Below the pieces are notes generated by a model. That model was not told where the DNA came from, ran no database searches, and was given only the letters and a program-made list of their open reading frames with translations. Source: Methylococcaceae bacterium (GTDB lineage Bacteria; Pseudomonadota; Gammaproteobacteria; Methylococcales; Methylomonadaceae). From it: a stretch of 64,000 bases of DNA. Where the stretch lies: the NCBI GenBank assembly GCA_021647585.1, contig JAKIUK010000014.1, forward strand, positions 3,785 to 67,784, written 5' to 3'. Every line of letters begins with the position of its first letter. The stretch's first letter is position 1. This document shows, piece by piece, positions 34,356 to 48,718 of this stretch. A program made the position numbers and the translations under genes.

Positions 34356-35006
34356 TTAACCTTTATTCCGCATTTTTACAGCGGGAGTGATAACCACATC
34401 ACCGCCTTTAGCTCCAGGCACTGCACCCGTAACTAAAATTAAATTTCTCTCGACATCAATACTATGGATAGTAAGATTTTGCATAGTTCGCTTAACTGCC
34501 CCCATATGACCCGACATTTTTTTGCCTTTAAAAACACGACCCGGTGTCTGACACATACCAATAGAACCATTCGATCTATGTGATATTGAGTTACCATGAG
34601 TCGCATCCTGCATTTGAAAGTTGTGACGCTTTACACCACCTTGAAAGCCCTTACCAATACTGGTAGCAGAGGCATCAACTACTTGACCCACAGTAAAAAC
34701 ATCCAAATCAAGCTCGGAACCGGTCGCCAAGTCTTCACCCTCACCGTCGTCCAGCCTGAACTCGTGCAAACCACGGCCTGCTGTAACATTGGCTGCAGCA
34801 TAGTGCCCCGCCAATGCCTTGTCGACTTTTGATGATTTTTTATCACCCACTGCAACCTGAATTGCGCGATAACCATCTGTATCAACATTTTTTACTTGTA
34901 CAACTCTATTTGAGTTTATCTCTAAAACCGTGACAGGTATTGCTGCCCCACCCTCAGTAAAAACTCGTGTCATACCACATTTACGACCAATAAGACCTAT
35001 TGACAT
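34356..35006 (-). CDS. rplC: 50S ribosomal protein L3
   Basis: [18 protein letters not shown]. Confidence 0.98.
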   Translation of the reverse strand: MSIGLIGRKCGMTRVFTEGGAAIPVTVLEINSNRVVQVKNVDTDGYRAIQVAVGDKKSSKVDKALAGHYAAANVTAGRGLHEFRLDDGEGEDLATGSELDLDVFTVGQVVDASATSIGKGFQGGVKRHNFQMQDATHGNSISHRSNGSIGMCQTPGRVFKGKKMSGHMGAVKRTMQNLTIHSIDVERNLILVTGAVPGAKGGDVVITPAVKMRNKG

Positions 35007-35054
35007 CTGCCAATTCCTCGCACTTACAAATACTCCTGTGAGTATCTTTATTAT

Positions 35055-35366
35055 TTATTTAAGTTTTATCTGAACATCTACCCCGGCTGCAAGATCTAAT
35101 TTCATCAATGCATCCACGGTTTTATCGGTAGGCTCGACTATGTCCAGCAACCTTTTATATGTTCTTAACTCATATTGATCTCTGGCATCTTTATTAACAT
35201 GCGGAGAAATCAATATGGTAAAACGCTCTTTTTTAGTAGGCAATGGAATAGGGCCCTTCACCAGGGCGCCCGTTCTCTTTGCAGTTTCTACTATCTCACC
35301 AGCTGATTGATCTATTAATTTATGATCAAATGCTTTCAAGCGAATTCTGATAGTTTGATTAGCCAT
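35055..35366 (-). CDS. rpsJ: 30S ribosomal protein S10
   Basis: [21 protein letters not shown]. Confidence 0.98.
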   Translation of the reverse strand: MANQTIRIRLKAFDHKLIDQSAGEIVETAKRTGALVKGPIPLPTKKERFTILISPHVNKDARDQYELRTYKRLLDIVEPTDKTVDALMKLDLAAGVDVQIKLK

Positions 35367-35371
35367 TTAAA

Positions 35372-36562
35372 TTACTCAATAATTGAAGCAACAACACCCG
35401 CACCAACTGTGCGACCACCTTCACGAACCGCGAAACGTAAACCTTCATCCATCGCAATTGGGTTAATCAAAGTAACTTCAACAGTTACATTATCCCCCGG
35501 CATTACCATTTCAATACCATCTTGCAATTCTACAGCACCCGTTATATCAGTTGTTCTAAAGTAAAACTGTGGGCGATACCCATTAAAGAATGGCGTATGT
35601 CTGCCACCCTCATCTTTAGACAGAACATAAATTTCTGCTTTAAATTTAGAATGAGGATTGATAGAACCTGGATGAGCCAATACCTGACCACGCTCAACTT
35701 CTTCACGCTTTGTACCACGCAACAAGACACCAACGTTATCACCCGCTTCACCTTGGTCTAGTAGTTTGCGGAACATTTCCACACCAGTACAAACTGTTTT
35801 CGCAGTATCTTTAATCCCAACAATCTCAAGCTCTTCACCCACTTTTACAATTCCACGCTCAACACGACCGGTTACAACCGTACCACGACCTGAAATTGAA
35901 AACACATCTTCGATAGGCATTAAGAAAGCACCATCTACCGCTCTTTCTGGCAGTGGAATATAGCTATCCAATGCTTCTACTAATTTAAGTACGGAGGGAA
36001 CGCCAATTTCACTTGTATCGCCTTCCAACGCTTTTAATGCAGAGCCAATAATAATTGGCGTATCATCACCTGGAAATTCATACATATCCAGTAATTCACG
36101 AACTTCCATTTCAACCAGCTCGACCAACTCTTCATCGTCAACCATATCCGCTTTGTTAAGGAATACAACGATATATGGAACACCCACCTGTCTCGATAAC
36201 AAGATATGCTCTCTAGTTTGTGGCATAGGACCGTCTGCTGCCGAGCATACCAGAATAGCGCCATCCATTTGAGCAGCACCGGTAATCATATTTTTCACAT
36301 AATCTGCGTGACCTGGGCAGTCAACATGCGCATAATGGCGATTTTCTGATTCATATTCGACATGTGACGTAGCAATAGTAATACCGCGCTCGCGTTCTTC
36401 TGGTGCATTATCAATTTCGTCAAAAGCCTTAACTTCGCCACCCATTGCCTCAGCCATTACTTTAGTCAAAGCAGCAGTTAATGTTGTTTTACCATGGTCA
36501 ACGTGACCAATTGTACCCACGTTTACATGGGGTTTGTTTCTTTCAAATTTTTCTTTAGCCAT
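35372..36562 (-). CDS. tuf: elongation factor Tu
   Basis: [28 protein letters not shown]; 396 aa. Confidence 0.99.
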   Translation of the reverse strand: MAKEKFERNKPHVNVGTIGHVDHGKTTLTAALTKVMAEAMGGEVKAFDEIDNAPEERERGITIATSHVEYESENRHYAHVDCPGHADYVKNMITGAAQMDGAILVCSAADGPMPQTREHILLSRQVGVPYIVVFLNKADMVDDEELVELVEMEVRELLDMYEFPGDDTPIIIGSALKALEGDTSEIGVPSVLKLVEALDSYIPLPERAVDGAFLMPIEDVFSISGRGTVVTGRVERGIVKVGEELEIVGIKDTAKTVCTGVEMFRKLLDQGEAGDNVGVLLRGTKREEVERGQVLAHPGSINPHSKFKAEIYVLSKDEGGRHTPFFNGYRPQFYFRTTDITGAVELQDGIEMVMPGDNVTVEVTLINPIAMDEGLRFAVREGGRTVGAGVVASIIE

Positions 36563-36587
36563 GAGTCAATACCTTTTACTGTTTACT

Positions 36588-38684
36588 TTATAAAACTTTA
36601 CTAATAATAGCTTCCGCAATACTTGCAGGTGCTTCGCTATATTTCTCAAACTGCATACTGTACGTTGCCCGACCTTGTGTTGCCGAACGTAAATCAGTTG
36701 CATAACCAAACATCTCAGCCAACGGAACCTCACATTCCAGTACTGTTCCAGCTGGCGAATCATCCATCCCTAGAACAATTCCGCGACGTCTATTGATGTC
36801 GCCGACAACGTCCCCCATATAATCCTGGGGAGTAACCACTTCAACCTTCATAATCGGTTCAAGTAACACAGGACTTGCAGTTTTCGCCCCATCCCTGAAG
36901 CCTATAGATCCTGCTATTTTGAAAGCCATTTCATTCGAATCGACATCATGATAAGAACCATCGAACAAACTAACCTTTACATCTACAACCGGAAAACCGG
37001 CAACTACGCCACTTTCCATTTGTTCTTGAACACCCTTATCAATTGCAGGAATATATTCCTTTGGAACAACTCCACCTACAATCTCATTGACAAACTGATA
37101 GCCGACCCCTTGTTCCAAGGGCTCCAGCCTAAGACATACATGCCCGTACTGACCTCTTCCACCCGTCTGTCTAATAAACTTACCTTCACACTCCACAGTT
37201 TGTTTAACTGTTTCACGATATGCAACCTGTGGATCTCCCACATTGGCCAGCACACTAAACTCTTTACGCAAACGATCAACAATAATTTCAAGATGCAATT
37301 CCCCCATCCCAGAAATTATTGTTTGCCCAGAGTCTTCGTCAGTCCGCACTCTAAATGAAGGATCTTCCTGAGCCAGCTTAGCTAAGGCTATTGCCATCTT
37401 ATCCTGATCAGCCAAGGTTTTTGGCTCGACCGCAACAGATATTACCGGCTCAGGAAAATCCATCTTCTCAAGCACAATCTGTTTCTTAAGATCACACAGA
37501 GTATCGCCTGTAGTCACCTGTTTTAATCCTATCGCAGCAGCAATATCACCTGCCCTAACTTCTTTTATCTCTTCTCGGTGGTTGGCATGCATTTGGACAA
37601 TACGACCCACTCGCTCTTTTTTACCTTTTCCGGAATTATAAATAGTATCACCCGATACTAAAACCCCCGAATAAACTCTAAAAAATGTCAACGACCCTAC
37701 AAAAGGGTCTGTCGCAATTTTAAACGCTAAAGCTGAAAATGGTTCTTCATCATCAGCATGCCTTTCTTTTGCTTCATTCTCAGAATCCACGACCCCTTGA
37801 ATTGACTTAATATCAGTTGGAGCAGGCAAATAATATACCACTGCGTCCAACAAACTTTGAACACCCTTGTTTTTAAATGCTGAACCACAAAAAGCAGGAA
37901 CAATTTTATTCGCCAAAACCTGCAAACGTATTCCCATTCTAATTTCGTCATCTGTCAAAACACCTACTTCAAGGTATTTTTCCAGTAGCTCATCATTAGC
38001 ATCTGCCGCCGCTTCCACCATCTTCTCTCGCCAGTCCTCAGCAAGAGGTAACATATCCTGAGGAATAGCCTTTTCTTCATAGGCCATACCCATATTTTCT
38101 TTTTCCCAATAGATAGCTTTCATTTTGATCAGGTCCACGACCCCTTCAAAATCTTCTTCAGCCCCTATAGGTAATTGCATTGGCACTGCATTAGCAATTA
38201 AACGCGTACGAATCTGCTCCACTACACGCAAAAAATCAGCACCTGAGCGATCCATCTTATTTACAAATACTATCCTTGGAACCTGGTATTTATTAGCCTG
38301 CCTCCACACTGTTTCTGATTGTGGCTCAACCCCGCCTACCGCACAAAAAACAGCACAAGCTCCATCCAAAACACGCAACGAACGCTCAACTTCAATTGTA
38401 AAATCAACATGGCCTGGCGTATCAATAATATTAATACGATGCCGGGCAAACTGGTTTTCCATTCCACTCCAGAAACATGTTGTCGCAGCAGAAGTAATTG
38501 TTATCCCTCGCTCCTGCTCCTGCTCCATCCAATCCATTGTTGCAGCTCCGTCATGAACCTCTCCAATTTTATGAGAAACTCCAGTATAGTACAAAATTCT
38601 TTCGGTCGTAGTCGTCTTCCCTGCGTCTATGTGTGCCATAACCCCTATATTTCTATAACGATCAATAGGTGTTTTTCGCGCCAC
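36588..38684 (-). CDS. fusA: elongation factor G (str-operon copy)
   Basis: GTG start gives [25 protein letters not shown] with GAAGG 7 nt upstream; the ORF-track TTG at 38690 is two codons further upstream. Confidence 0.98.
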   Translation of the reverse strand: MARKTPIDRYRNIGVMAHIDAGKTTTTERILYYTGVSHKIGEVHDGAATMDWMEQEQERGITITSAATTCFWSGMENQFARHRINIIDTPGHVDFTIEVERSLRVLDGACAVFCAVGGVEPQSETVWRQANKYQVPRIVFVNKMDRSGADFLRVVEQIRTRLIANAVPMQLPIGAEEDFEGVVDLIKMKAIYWEKENMGMAYEEKAIPQDMLPLAEDWREKMVEAAADANDELLEKYLEVGVLTDDEIRMGIRLQVLANKIVPAFCGSAFKNKGVQSLLDAVVYYLPAPTDIKSIQGVVDSENEAKERHADDEEPFSALAFKIATDPFVGSLTFFRVYSGVLVSGDTIYNSGKGKKERVGRIVQMHANHREEIKEVRAGDIAAAIGLKQVTTGDTLCDLKKQIVLEKMDFPEPVISVAVEPKTLADQDKMAIALAKLAQEDPSFRVRTDEDSGQTIISGMGELHLEIIVDRLRKEFSVLANVGDPQVAYRETVKQTVECEGKFIRQTGGRGQYGHVCLRLEPLEQGVGYQFVNEIVGGVVPKEYIPAIDKGVQEQMESGVVAGFPVVDVKVSLFDGSYHDVDSNEMAFKIAGSIGFRDGAKTASPVLLEPIMKVEVVTPQDYMGDVVGDINRRRGIVLGMDDSPAGTVLECEVPLAEMFGYATDLRSATQGRATYSMQFEKYSEAPASIAEAIISKVL

Positions 38685-38711
38685 TCCCAAACCTTCTATC
38701 TAAATTCTTGC

Positions 38712-39194
<483 letters not shown>

Positions 39195-39207
39195 TTATTT
39201 TTTTGGA

Positions 39208-39582
39208 TTATGACTTAGGCTTTTTCGTTCCATACTTGGAGCGACCCGCCTTTCTTCCATCAACACCAGAAGTATCAAGACTTCCACGAACAACATGATA
39301 ACGAACACCAGGTAAATCCTTAACACGTCCACCTCGAATCAAAACCACCGAGTGCTCTTGTAAATTATGCCCCTCCCCTCCGATATAGCTACTCACCTCA
39401 TACCCACTTGTAAGTCTCACTCTTGCAACCTTACGCATTGCTGAATTTGGCTTTTTAGGGGTTGTAGTATATACACGCGTACATACACCACGTCTTTGAG
39501 GACAAGCTTTCAACGCTGGAACATTGCTCTTATCAATTTTTTTAGCACGAGGCTTACGAACCAACTGGTTGATCGTTGCCAT
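39208..39582 (-). CDS. rpsL: 30S ribosomal protein S12
   Basis: [15 protein letters not shown]...[11 protein letters not shown]. Confidence 0.99.
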   Translation of the reverse strand: MATINQLVRKPRAKKIDKSNVPALKACPQRRGVCTRVYTTTPKKPNSAMRKVARVRLTSGYEVSSYIGGEGHNLQEHSVVLIRGGRVKDLPGVRYHVVRGSLDTSGVDGRKAGRSKYGTKKPKS

Positions 39583-39621
39583 ATCTTATTTACTCCGGTA
39601 TACAAATTTTAATTGTCAGAT

Positions 39622-39658
39622 AATAAAAGAACCGCTATACATAAATGCACAGCGGCTC
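39622..39658 (-). promoter_or_regulatory. hairpin plus short U-tract in the rpsL leader (rpoC terminator and/or str-operon attenuator)
   Basis: Minus strand GAGCCGCT-15 nt-AGCGGTTC followed by TTTTATT; lies downstream of the predicted rpsL promoter. Confidence 0.35.
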
Positions 39659-39708
39659 TTAGCACTCATTTATTCCTGACCAGAGCCCTTAGCTCATGTG
39701 AGCCAAGT

Positions 39709-39737
39709 ATATTAGCTTTTTATACAACCAAGGTCAA
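39709..39737 (-). promoter_or_regulatory. candidate sigma70 promoter of the str operon (rpsL)
   Basis: Minus strand TTGACC-17 nt-TAATAT, preceded by an A-rich tract, 18 nt after the rpoC stop. Confidence 0.6.
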
Positions 39738-39754
39738 GAGTTTTTTATTATTTA

Positions 39755-42700
39755 CTACTCTGTATTTAACGCCTGCTTCAACGCTTCTTCGACATCAACC
39801 GTATCAACTACTGGAGTATCAACCTCCTTACCTGATGCTTTATTTTTCATCCGTCTTTTTCTACGTTGCTCATGATATGCCAAGCCTGTTCCTGCAGGAA
39901 TCAATCGGCCAACAATTACATTTTCTTTCAGACCATTCAGACCATCATTTATTCCTCTGACAGCTGCATCTGTTAATACTCTGGTAGTTTCCTGGAAAGA
40001 TGCTGCAGAAATAAAAGATTCTGTTGCCAGAGACGCTTTAGTTATACCTAATAGAATAGGTTCATAGCTCGCTGGTATCTTACCTTCTTTTTCCATCTGA
40101 TCATTAACTTCATTCAAGTAAGCTCTTTCGACCTGCTCACCTTTAACAAAATCAGTTTCACCAGCGGCAGTGATATCAACTTTTCGCAGCATTTGTCTTA
40201 TAATGGCTTCAATATGCTTATCATTAATTCCAACACCTTGCAAACGATAAACATCCTGAATTTCTTTCACTAAATAATCAGCCAACTCCTCAACACCCCT
40301 TAATCTCAGAATATCATGAGGTGTCAACTCACCTTCCGCTATTGTTTCACCTTTTTCAACAAACTCACCTTCAAATACAGTGATATGGCGCCATTTTGGA
40401 ATCAAGGTTTCATAGTTCTCACCCTCTGAATCTGTAATAACAACACGCTGCTTACCCTTGGTTTCTTTACCAAAAGAAATCATACCTGTTGCTTCTGCTA
40501 GAATTGCCGGGTCTTTAGTTTTTCTCGCTTCAAATAAATCAGCAACACGCGGCAAACCACCCGTAATATCACGGGTCTTGCTGGATTCCTGCGGAATTCT
40601 GGCTAATACATCACCAACCTTCACTTCACCACCATCTTTTATTCCCGCAATAGCACCAGCAGGTAAAAAGTACTGTGCTGGAATATCCGTTCCAGATAAA
40701 TTTATGGTTTCGTCATTTTCATCTACCAGTTTTACCATAGGACGCAATTCTTTTCCGGCAGCACTTCTTTGCTTAGGATCTGTTACCACTCTCGATGTCA
40801 GACCGGTCACATCATCAGATTGCTCCTGTACAGTCACCCCATCAACAAATTCAATCAACTTAACAAACCCATCCACTTCTGAAACAACCGGATGTGTATG
40901 CGGATCCCAGTTGACAATAATATCCCCAGTCGTTACAGAACTATCCTCACCCACTGTCAATACAGCTCCATATGGAATTTTGTAGCGTTCACGTTCACGC
41001 CCATAAGCATCCATGACACCTACTTCACCCGAACGAGATACAGCAACAAGATTTCCTTCCCTGTTTTTAACAGTCTTCATGTTATTTAGCTTAATCGTTC
41101 CCGCTGACTTAACCTGTACATTACTGATTGCAGCAGACCTTGAAGCAGCACCACCAATATGGAAAGTACGCATAGTCAACTGAGTACCCGGCTCTCCAAT
41201 TGATTGCGCAGCAACTACACCCACCGCCTCACCTATATTTACCAGGTGACCACGACCTAAATCACGACCATAACACTTAGCACAAACCCCGTGTCTTGCT
41301 TCACAAGTGATTATTGAGCGCACTAACAATCGATCTACACTATTATCTTCTAATAGTGACACCAAAGACTCATCAATCATTGTCCCAGCAGGAATAATAA
41401 TATTTTCATCTTTTTGATCCATAACATCATTAACAGCTACACGCCCCAGCACTCGTTCAGCCAAAGGCTCAACAACATCACCACCTTCAATAATTGGTGT
41501 CATAGTCAATCCATTGGCAGTACCACAGTCTACGTGGGATACCACCAAATCCTGGGCCACATCAACTAACCTGCGCGTCAAATAACCTGAGTTAGCTGTT
41601 TTCAATGCTGTATCTGCCAATCCTTTACGTGCACCATGCGTGGAAATAAAATATTGCAGTACATCCAGACCCTCACGGAAATTAGCGGTAATAGGCGTTT
41701 CAATAATAGAACCATCCGGTTTTGCCATTAATCCACGCATACCAGCAAGCTGACGAATTTGTGCCGCAGAACCCCGCGCACCTGATTCAGCCATCATAAA
41801 AACCGAGTTAAACGATTTTTGTTTTACCACTTTGCCGTCAGCATCTATCGCATCTTCTTCACCCAAACCTTGCATCATTACCTTAGCCACTTGCTCATTG
41901 GCATGAGACCAGATATCAACGACTTTGTTATATCGCTCACCATCGGTTACCAAGCCAGATGCATATTGACTTTGAATTTCACGTACTTCTGTTTCAGCCG
42001 CATCGAGTATATCTGCCTTCTTTGCAGGTATGACCATATCTTCAATACCAAAAGAAACTCCAGACCTGGTAGCATATTTAAATCCTAGATACATGATTTT
42101 GTCAGCCAGCATTACCGTATCTTTGTTACCTAAATAACGGTAACTAAAGTTAATTAGGTTTGAAATGTTCTTTTTGGTCATGTCTACATTAACGATGTCG
42201 AAAGGCATTCCTTTTGGAGCGATAGCCCAAATTAATGCCCGGCCAACTGTCGTATCATAGCGCTTAACTGATTCAACTAGCTTTCCTTCATGGTTTGCAA
42301 CACTTTCCGTTACTCGAAGTTGAATCTTGCTTTGTAACTCTACCGCTTTACAATCAAGTGCTTTATTAACCTCATCCAGATCTGCAAAAATACTTCCTTC
42401 GCCTTTACCATTAATTTTTTCACGACTTATATAATAAAGCCCGAGAACCACATCTTGAGATGGGTTAATCACGGGCTCACCATTAGCGGGTGAAAGAATA
42501 TTATTGGTAGCCATCATTAATATTCTGGCTTCAAGCTGGGCTTCAATTGACAGCGGAATATGCACTGCCATCTGATCGCCATCAAAGTCTGCATTAAACG
42601 CACTACACACCAAAGGATGTAGCTGTATCGCCTTACCTTCAATCAAGGTCGGCTCAAAAGACTGGATACCTAATCTATGCAACGTAGGGGCTCGATTAAG

Positions 42701-43966
42701 CATAATAGGATGTTCACGAATAACTTCTTCTAGAATATCCCAGACTTCAGCACCTTCTCTTTCAACCATTTTCTTTGCTGCTTTAATGGTTGTCGCTAGC
42801 CCGCGAAATTGTAATTTACTGAATATAAATGGCTTAAATAACTCTAATGCCATTTTTTTTGGTAATCCACACTGATGCAGTTTTAAAGTCGGCCCTACTA
42901 CAATAACTGATCGCCCTGAGTAATCAACGCGCTTACCTAACAAGTTTTGTCTAAAGCGCCCTTGCTTACCCTTAATCATATCCGCTAATGATTTAAGAGG
43001 CCTTCTATTGGTTCCTGTAATTGCCCTTCCTCGACGCCCGTTATCTAACAAAGCATCAACTGATTCCTGCAACATGCGCTTCTCATTTCGAACAATAATA
43101 TCTGGCGCATTAAGATCCAACAATCGACCCAAACGGTTATTACGATTGATTACGCGACGATATAAATCATTCAAATCGGAAGTCGCAAACCGCCCGCCAT
43201 CAAGTGGGACTAGTGGACGTAATTCAGGCGGTAGAACCGGCAGAACTGTCATAATCATCCATTCAGGACGATTATTTGATGCCACCAATGACTCAATCAC
43301 TTTAAGTCGTTTGGAGAATTTTTTGATTTTAGTTTCAGAATTTGTGGAATTAATTTCTTCCCGAAGAACGTTAATTTCTTCTTTTAAATCAATTGATTTT
43401 AGAAGATCAAAAACAGCCTCAGCACCCATTTTTGCATCAAATTCATCACCATGTTCTTCTATGGCATCAAGAAACTCATCATCAGTCAATAACTGACCAC
43501 GTTCCAATGGTGTCATTCCTGGATCAAGAACCACAAATGATTCAAAATATAGAACACGCTCAATACTGCGTAACGTCATATCCAGCAACAACGCAATTCT
43601 TGATGGCAAAGATTTTAAAAACCAGATATGTGCAACAGGGCTGGCCAAATCAATATGCCCCATCCTCTCTCGCCTGACTTTTGAGATCGTTACTTCAACA
43701 CCACATTTTTCACAAATCACACCGCGATGCTTTAATCTTTTATATTTTCCGCACAAACATTCATAGTCACTAACCGGACCAAAAATTTTTGCACAAAATA
43801 AACCATCGCGCTCAGGCTTAAAGGTACGGTAATTAATTGTTTCCGGCTTTTTTACTTCCCCATATGACCACGAACGAATCATGGCAGGTGATGCTAAACC
43901 GATACGAATGGCATCAAAGTCATCAGTACGACCCTGACGTTTTAAAAAATTCATTAAATCTTTCAA
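39755..43966 (-). CDS. rpoC: DNA-directed RNA polymerase subunit beta'
   Basis: 1403 aa; NADFDGDQM catalytic motif, zinc-binding [20 protein letters not shown]. Confidence 0.99.
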   Translation of the reverse strand: MKDLMNFLKRQGRTDDFDAIRIGLASPAMIRSWSYGEVKKPETINYRTFKPERDGLFCAKIFGPVSDYECLCGKYKRLKHRGVICEKCGVEVTISKVRRERMGHIDLASPVAHIWFLKSLPSRIALLLDMTLRSIERVLYFESFVVLDPGMTPLERGQLLTDDEFLDAIEEHGDEFDAKMGAEAVFDLLKSIDLKEEINVLREEINSTNSETKIKKFSKRLKVIESLVASNNRPEWMIMTVLPVLPPELRPLVPLDGGRFATSDLNDLYRRVINRNNRLGRLLDLNAPDIIVRNEKRMLQESVDALLDNGRRGRAITGTNRRPLKSLADMIKGKQGRFRQNLLGKRVDYSGRSVIVVGPTLKLHQCGLPKKMALELFKPFIFSKLQFRGLATTIKAAKKMVEREGAEVWDILEEVIREHPIMLNRAPTLHRLGIQSFEPTLIEGKAIQLHPLVCSAFNADFDGDQMAVHIPLSIEAQLEARILMMATNNILSPANGEPVINPSQDVVLGLYYISREKINGKGEGSIFADLDEVNKALDCKAVELQSKIQLRVTESVANHEGKLVESVKRYDTTVGRALIWAIAPKGMPFDIVNVDMTKKNISNLINFSYRYLGNKDTVMLADKIMYLGFKYATRSGVSFGIEDMVIPAKKADILDAAETEVREIQSQYASGLVTDGERYNKVVDIWSHANEQVAKVMMQGLGEEDAIDADGKVVKQKSFNSVFMMAESGARGSAAQIRQLAGMRGLMAKPDGSIIETPITANFREGLDVLQYFISTHGARKGLADTALKTANSGYLTRRLVDVAQDLVVSHVDCGTANGLTMTPIIEGGDVVEPLAERVLGRVAVNDVMDQKDENIIIPAGTMIDESLVSLLEDNSVDRLLVRSIITCEARHGVCAKCYGRDLGRGHLVNIGEAVGVVAAQSIGEPGTQLTMRTFHIGGAASRSAAISNVQVKSAGTIKLNNMKTVKNREGNLVAVSRSGEVGVMDAYGRERERYKIPYGAVLTVGEDSSVTTGDIIVNWDPHTHPVVSEVDGFVKLIEFVDGVTVQEQSDDVTGLTSRVVTDPKQRSAAGKELRPMVKLVDENDETINLSGTDIPAQYFLPAGAIAGIKDGGEVKVGDVLARIPQESSKTRDITGGLPRVADLFEARKTKDPAILAEATGMISFGKETKGKQRVVITDSEGENYETLIPKWRHITVFEGEFVEKGETIAEGELTPHDILRLRGVEELADYLVKEIQDVYRLQGVGINDKHIEAIIRQMLRKVDITAAGETDFVKGEQVERAYLNEVNDQMEKEGKIPASYEPILLGITKASLATESFISAASFQETTRVLTDAAVRGINDGLNGLKENVIVGRLIPAGTGLAYHEQRRKRRMKNKASGKEVDTPVVDTVDVEEALKQALNTE

Positions 43967-44031
43967 GAGTTTGTCCTCTTTATTTATCTGGCTAATCTAG
44001 AATAAATCCACTATAAAAATGCATTTAAGAA

Positions 44032-47000
44032 CTAATCCTGCTCCAATTCAATATTTACAGCCAAAGATCGTATTTCTTTAATTAATACATTAAATGATTC
44101 AGGCATACCTGGGTCCATTTTATGATTACCATCGACAATATTTTTATACATTCGGGTTCTTCCATTTACATCATCAGACTTAACAGTCAACATTTCCTGC
44201 AGCGTATAAGCAGCACCATATGCTTCAAGTGCCCACACTTCCATTTCTCCGAAGCGTTGTCCACCAAATTGTGCTTTACCTCCCAATGGTTGCTGAGTAA
44301 CAAGACTATAAGGCCCTGTTGAACGTGCATGCATTTTGTCATCCACCAAGTGATTGAGTTTCAACATATACATGTAACCAACAGTCACTTCACGCTCAAA
44401 TGGTTCACCAGTTAATCCATCATATAAAATAGTCTGTCCATGCTCTGGCAGGTCAGCCAGACTCAACATTGCACGAATCTCTTCTTCAGAAGCCCCATCA
44501 AATACCGGCGTTGCCATAGGCACTCCTCCTACCAAATTAGCAGCCATTTCCATAATTGCTTTATCTGAAAAAGAATCGAGATCTTCTTTTTTACCACTGC
44601 TATTATAAATTTTATCTAAAAAGCCTCGGATTTCTATTATTTTAGCTTTGGCTTCCAGCATCTGCCCTATCTTGACACCCAAACCCTTTGCCGCCCAGCC
44701 CAGATGTGTCTCGAGTACCTGCCCAACATTCATCCGTGAAGGAACACCCAATGGGTTTAACAAAATATCAATAGGGTTACCATCTGCTGTATACGGCATA
44801 TCTTCTACTGGAACAATCTGAGAAATAACCCCTTTGTTTCCATGTCGACCCGCCATTTTATCGCCAGGTTGTATACGCTTTTTAACCGCTAAATAAACTT
44901 TAACCATTTTCAAAACACCTGGGGCCAAATCATCACCCATGGTTATTTTCTTACGTTTGGTTTCAAATCTTTCTTCAAATTCTTTACGCTGCTGCTCAAT
45001 TTGTGCAGCTATCGACTCTAACTGAACATTAACATCTTCATCTTGTACTTTTATTTTTAGCCATTCTGAATGCCTTAATTCATCCAGTCTATTCTGAGAA
45101 ATTTCTGTGCCTTTTTTAAGATCAGCTACCCCAACATCTATCTTTTGACCAATCAACATTTTAGCAATACGCTCAAAAATATCGGCCTCTACTATTTTAA
45201 GCTGATCATCCAAATCCTTTTTGTAACGTTTTATTTCGGCCTCTTCAATCTCTAAGGCACGCTTATCTTTGGTAACTCCATCACGAGTAAATACCTGAAC
45301 ATCAATGACCGTCCCACGAACACTTCCAGGAACCCTTAACGACGTATCTTTTACGTCTGCCGCTTTTTCACCAAAAATTGCACGTAGTAATTTTTCTTCA
45401 GGGGTTAACTGCGTTTCGCCTTTCGGTGTAACCTTCCCCACTAGAATATCACCACCTTTTACTTCAGCACCCACATAAACAATACCCGATTCATCTAGCT
45501 TAGATAACGCATCTTCACTGACATTAGGTATATCTGCGGTTATTTCTTCAGGACTATGCTTAGTCTCTCGAGCCACACAGGTTTTTTCTTCAATATGAAT
45601 AGTCGTAAAACGATCTTCTTTAACTACTCTCTCAGAAACAAGAATCGAATCTTCAAAGTTATATCCATTCCAAGGCATGAAAGCGATACGCATATTTTGG
45701 CCCAACGCCAGTTCACCTATATCTGTAGATGGACCATCAGCCAAAATATCACCGGACCTTACTATATCTCCAGGTCTAACCAATGGTTTTTGGTTAATAC
45801 ATGTATTTTGATTAGATCGTCTATATTTAGTTAAATTATAAATATCAACACTAGGCACACCTTCAATAGTTTCACTATCGCTCACTTTAACAACCACTCG
45901 CGCAGCATCGACAGTTTCAATAACACCACCACGTTTTGCAACCACTGCCACCCCAGAATCCTTGGCAATCACACGCTCCATTCCCGTACCCACTAGAGGC
46001 TTTTCAGCTCTTAAAGTTGGAACAGCTTGGCGCTGCATGTTTGAGCCCATCAACGCACGGTTTGCATCATCATGTTCTAAAAATGGAATAATTGATGCTG
46101 CTACAGAAACTATCTGCCTTGATGACACATCCATATATTGCACAGAATCCGATGGAGCCAGGGTAAATTCATCTTTATATCGTGCTGACACCAGTCCTTC
46201 AACCAGCTTACCATTTTCATCGATAGCAACGCTGGACTGAGCGATTACAAAGTCACCCTCCTCAATGGCCGATAAATAGTCGACTTGGTCTGTGACCATA
46301 CCATCATTTACTTTTCGATAAGGCGTTTCTAGAAAACCATATGAATTAGTCCGCGCATAAACCGACAAAGAGTTAATTAGGCCAATATTTGGCCCCTCGG
46401 GTGTTTCAATAGGGCATACCCGCCCATAGTGTGTTGTATGCACATCTCGCACTTCAAATCCTGCACGCTCTCTAGCCAAACCACCCGGGCCTAATGCAGA
46501 AACTCTTCGTTTATGAGTAACTTGTGACAATGGATTATTTTGATCCATAAATTGTGACAACTGACTGGAGCCAAAAAATTCTTTAACAGCCGCAGAAACC
46601 GGCTTTGCATTAATAATTTCTTGAGGCATATAGCCTTCAGAATCAGCCAGTGTTAAACGTTCTCTAACCGCTCTTTCCACTCGAACCAAACCAACGCGAA
46701 ATTGATTTTCTATCATCTCACCGACTGAACGTACACGCCTGTTTCCTAAATGATCAATATCATCAACCGTGCCATTACCATTACGGATTGCAATTAACTC
46801 TTTTAAAACATCAACAATATCATCATTGCTTAATGTACCTTCACCCTCCACTTCCTCTCTGCCTAGACGACGGTTAAATTTCATCCGCCCCACAGCAGAT
46901 AAGTCATACCTGTCAGTAGTGAAAAACAAATTTGTAAAAAGATTCTCAGCCGAATCTTTAGTTGGTGGTTCACCTGGACGCATCATCCGGTAAATTTCCA

Positions 47001-48108
47001 CCAATGCCTCCAACCTGTTGGTAGAGGCATCCAATCTCATAGCATTGGATATATAAGGTCCAATATCCAAATCATTGACATACAACACATTTATTTCAGG
47101 AATTCCAGCCTCTAATAATTGCTGCAGTAACTCTTCAGTGATTTCATCGTTTACATTCGCGATCATTTCGCCAGTAGTTTCATCGACGATATTATGAGCT
47201 AAGATTTTTCCATGCAAATATTCTTTAGGTACTTCAATTTCTGTCACACCCGCTTTAGCCATTTGCCTGATATGTTTGGCTGTCACCCTTCGACCTTCCT
47301 CAACAAGCACCTCTCCATCATACATGATATCGAACACGGCCATTTCACCACGTAAACGCTCGGGAATAATGTGGTACTTAATACTGTCAGAGCTAAAGGT
47401 AAATTTATTGGTTTCGAAGAACATTTTAATCATTTCTTCGTTGTCATACCCTAAGGCTCTTAACAAAATTGTTGCTGGTATTTTACGTCGTCTATCTATC
47501 CTTACATATACCGCATCTTTATGATCAAACTCAAAGTCCAACCATGAGCCACGGTAAGGAATGACTCTGGCATTAAAGAGTAATTTCCCCGATGAATGCG
47601 TCTTTCCTTTATCGTGATCAAAGAAAACGCCAGGTGATCTATGTAACTGAGAAACAATAACCCTCTCTGTTCCATTAATTACAAAAGTACCATTTTCTGT
47701 CATTAATGGCAGCTCACCCATGTAAACTTCTTGCTCCCTAATATCCTTAACAACTTTCGCTGATACAGGCGCTTCTTTATCGTATATAACCAGTCGCACT
47801 AATACCCGCAGAGGTGCAGCATATGTTGCACCACGTTGTTGACATTCCCTCACATCAAAAGTAGGCTCACCTAATCTATATTTCACATACTCAAGCACAG
47901 CATAGCCAGAATGGCTTACAATAGGAAACACACTGCTAAAAGCACCATGCAATCCACGTTCGAACCTTTTTTTAGGTTCTATACCAGACTGTAGAAAACT
48001 GGCATATGAATCAATCTGGGTTGCCAATAAATAGGGTACATCAAGTACTTCAGTACTTTTCCCAAAATTATTACGAATACGCTTTTTTTCTGTAAAAGAA
48101 TAGGCCAT
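44032..48108 (-). CDS. rpoB: DNA-directed RNA polymerase subunit beta
   Basis: 1358 aa; [17 protein letters not shown], rifampicin-region [18 protein letters not shown]. Confidence 0.99.
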   Translation of the reverse strand: MAYSFTEKKRIRNNFGKSTEVLDVPYLLATQIDSYASFLQSGIEPKKRFERGLHGAFSSVFPIVSHSGYAVLEYVKYRLGEPTFDVRECQQRGATYAAPLRVLVRLVIYDKEAPVSAKVVKDIREQEVYMGELPLMTENGTFVINGTERVIVSQLHRSPGVFFDHDKGKTHSSGKLLFNARVIPYRGSWLDFEFDHKDAVYVRIDRRRKIPATILLRALGYDNEEMIKMFFETNKFTFSSDSIKYHIIPERLRGEMAVFDIMYDGEVLVEEGRRVTAKHIRQMAKAGVTEIEVPKEYLHGKILAHNIVDETTGEMIANVNDEITEELLQQLLEAGIPEINVLYVNDLDIGPYISNAMRLDASTNRLEALVEIYRMMRPGEPPTKDSAENLFTNLFFTTDRYDLSAVGRMKFNRRLGREEVEGEGTLSNDDIVDVLKELIAIRNGNGTVDDIDHLGNRRVRSVGEMIENQFRVGLVRVERAVRERLTLADSEGYMPQEIINAKPVSAAVKEFFGSSQLSQFMDQNNPLSQVTHKRRVSALGPGGLARERAGFEVRDVHTTHYGRVCPIETPEGPNIGLINSLSVYARTNSYGFLETPYRKVNDGMVTDQVDYLSAIEEGDFVIAQSSVAIDENGKLVEGLVSARYKDEFTLAPSDSVQYMDVSSRQIVSVAASIIPFLEHDDANRALMGSNMQRQAVPTLRAEKPLVGTGMERVIAKDSGVAVVAKRGGVIETVDAARVVVKVSDSETIEGVPSVDIYNLTKYRRSNQNTCINQKPLVRPGDIVRSGDILADGPSTDIGELALGQNMRIAFMPWNGYNFEDSILVSERVVKEDRFTTIHIEEKTCVARETKHSPEEITADIPNVSEDALSKLDESGIVYVGAEVKGGDILVGKVTPKGETQLTPEEKLLRAIFGEKAADVKDTSLRVPGSVRGTVIDVQVFTRDGVTKDKRALEIEEAEIKRYKKDLDDQLKIVEADIFERIAKMLIGQKIDVGVADLKKGTEISQNRLDELRHSEWLKIKVQDEDVNVQLESIAAQIEQQRKEFEERFETKRKKITMGDDLAPGVLKMVKVYLAVKKRIQPGDKMAGRHGNKGVISQIVPVEDMPYTADGNPIDILLNPLGVPSRMNVGQVLETHLGWAAKGLGVKIGQMLEAKAKIIEIRGFLDKIYNSSGKKEDLDSFSDKAIMEMAANLVGGVPMATPVFDGASEEEIRAMLSLADLPEHGQTILYDGLTGEPFEREVTVGYMYMLKLNHLVDDKMHARSTGPYSLVTQQPLGGKAQFGGQRFGEMEVWALEAYGAAYTLQEMLTVKSDDVNGRTRMYKNIVDGNHKMDPGMPESFNVLIKEIRSLAVNIELEQD

Positions 48109-48197
48109 ATTGCTTTCATACCTTTAATCAAGGATTGTTTAAATTATGTCTAACTCAGAATTGCTACTCTGTGTCAGGCAAGACTTTCTACAAACAG

Positions 48198-48229
48198 TAA
48201 AAGGCCGGCGACAAATTGTCACCAGCCTT
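48198..48229 (-). terminator. rplL-rpoB intergenic attenuator (partial terminator)
   Basis: Minus strand GGCTGGTGAC-aattt-GTCGCCGGCC (10 bp including 2 G-U pairs) followed by TTTT; same location as the E. coli rplL-rpoB attenuator. Confidence 0.55.
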
Positions 48230-48305
48230 ACCGTATTAGACTTAGAGCATCAACAATAAAAACAACTATTATCAGTGTGCCTCTAAATCTTCTATCAATC
48301 AAATA

Positions 48306-48677
48306 TTATTTGATTTCAGCAGAAGCACCTGCTTCTTCAAGTGTTTTCAACGCTTCTTCTGCTTCACCTTTACTTACAGCTTCTTTAACTGGAGTTGGTG
48401 CACCTTCAACTGCTGCTTTTGCTTCTTTCAGACCCAGGCCTGTAATACCACGTACTGCTTTAATAACAGAAACTTTGTTTTCACCAAATGATGTTAAAAT
48501 AACATCAAATTCAGTTTGCTCAGCACCGCCACCAGCGTCACCGCCACCAGCTGGTGCAGCAGCTGCAACGGCAGCTGTTACTCCAAACTTCTCTTCCATC
48601 GCTGAAATTAAGTCAACGATTTCCATAACAGTCATGTTTGATACTGCTTCCAAGATATCTTCTTGTGAGATTGCCAT
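48306..48677 (-). CDS. rplL: 50S ribosomal protein L7/L12
   Basis: 123 aa; Ala/Gly hinge, C-terminal [12 protein letters not shown]... Confidence 0.98.
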   Translation of the reverse strand: MAISQEDILEAVSNMTVMEIVDLISAMEEKFGVTAAVAAAAPAGGGDAGGGAEQTEFDVILTSFGENKVSVIKAVRGITGLGLKEAKAAVEGAPTPVKEAVSKGEAEEALKTLEEAGASAEIK

Positions 48678-48718
48678 TTGTAATATTCCTCGTGTAATAG
48701 GTTCTAAACTGGTGTAGG

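Noticed and set aside
40458-40985. 175-aa ORF antisense to rpoC, plus similar ORFs at 40892-41089, 41819-42088, 43008-43496 and 43393-43677
   Set aside because: They lie entirely inside, and antisense to, a highly conserved gene. Their Ser/Pro/Thr-rich, low-complexity translations are typical of shadow frames, and they have no RBS.
48277-48717. 146-aa ORF antisense to rplL
   Set aside because: This is the mirror frame of the Ala/Gly-rich L7/L12 gene. Its Ala/Pro/Ser-rich translation is a composition artefact.
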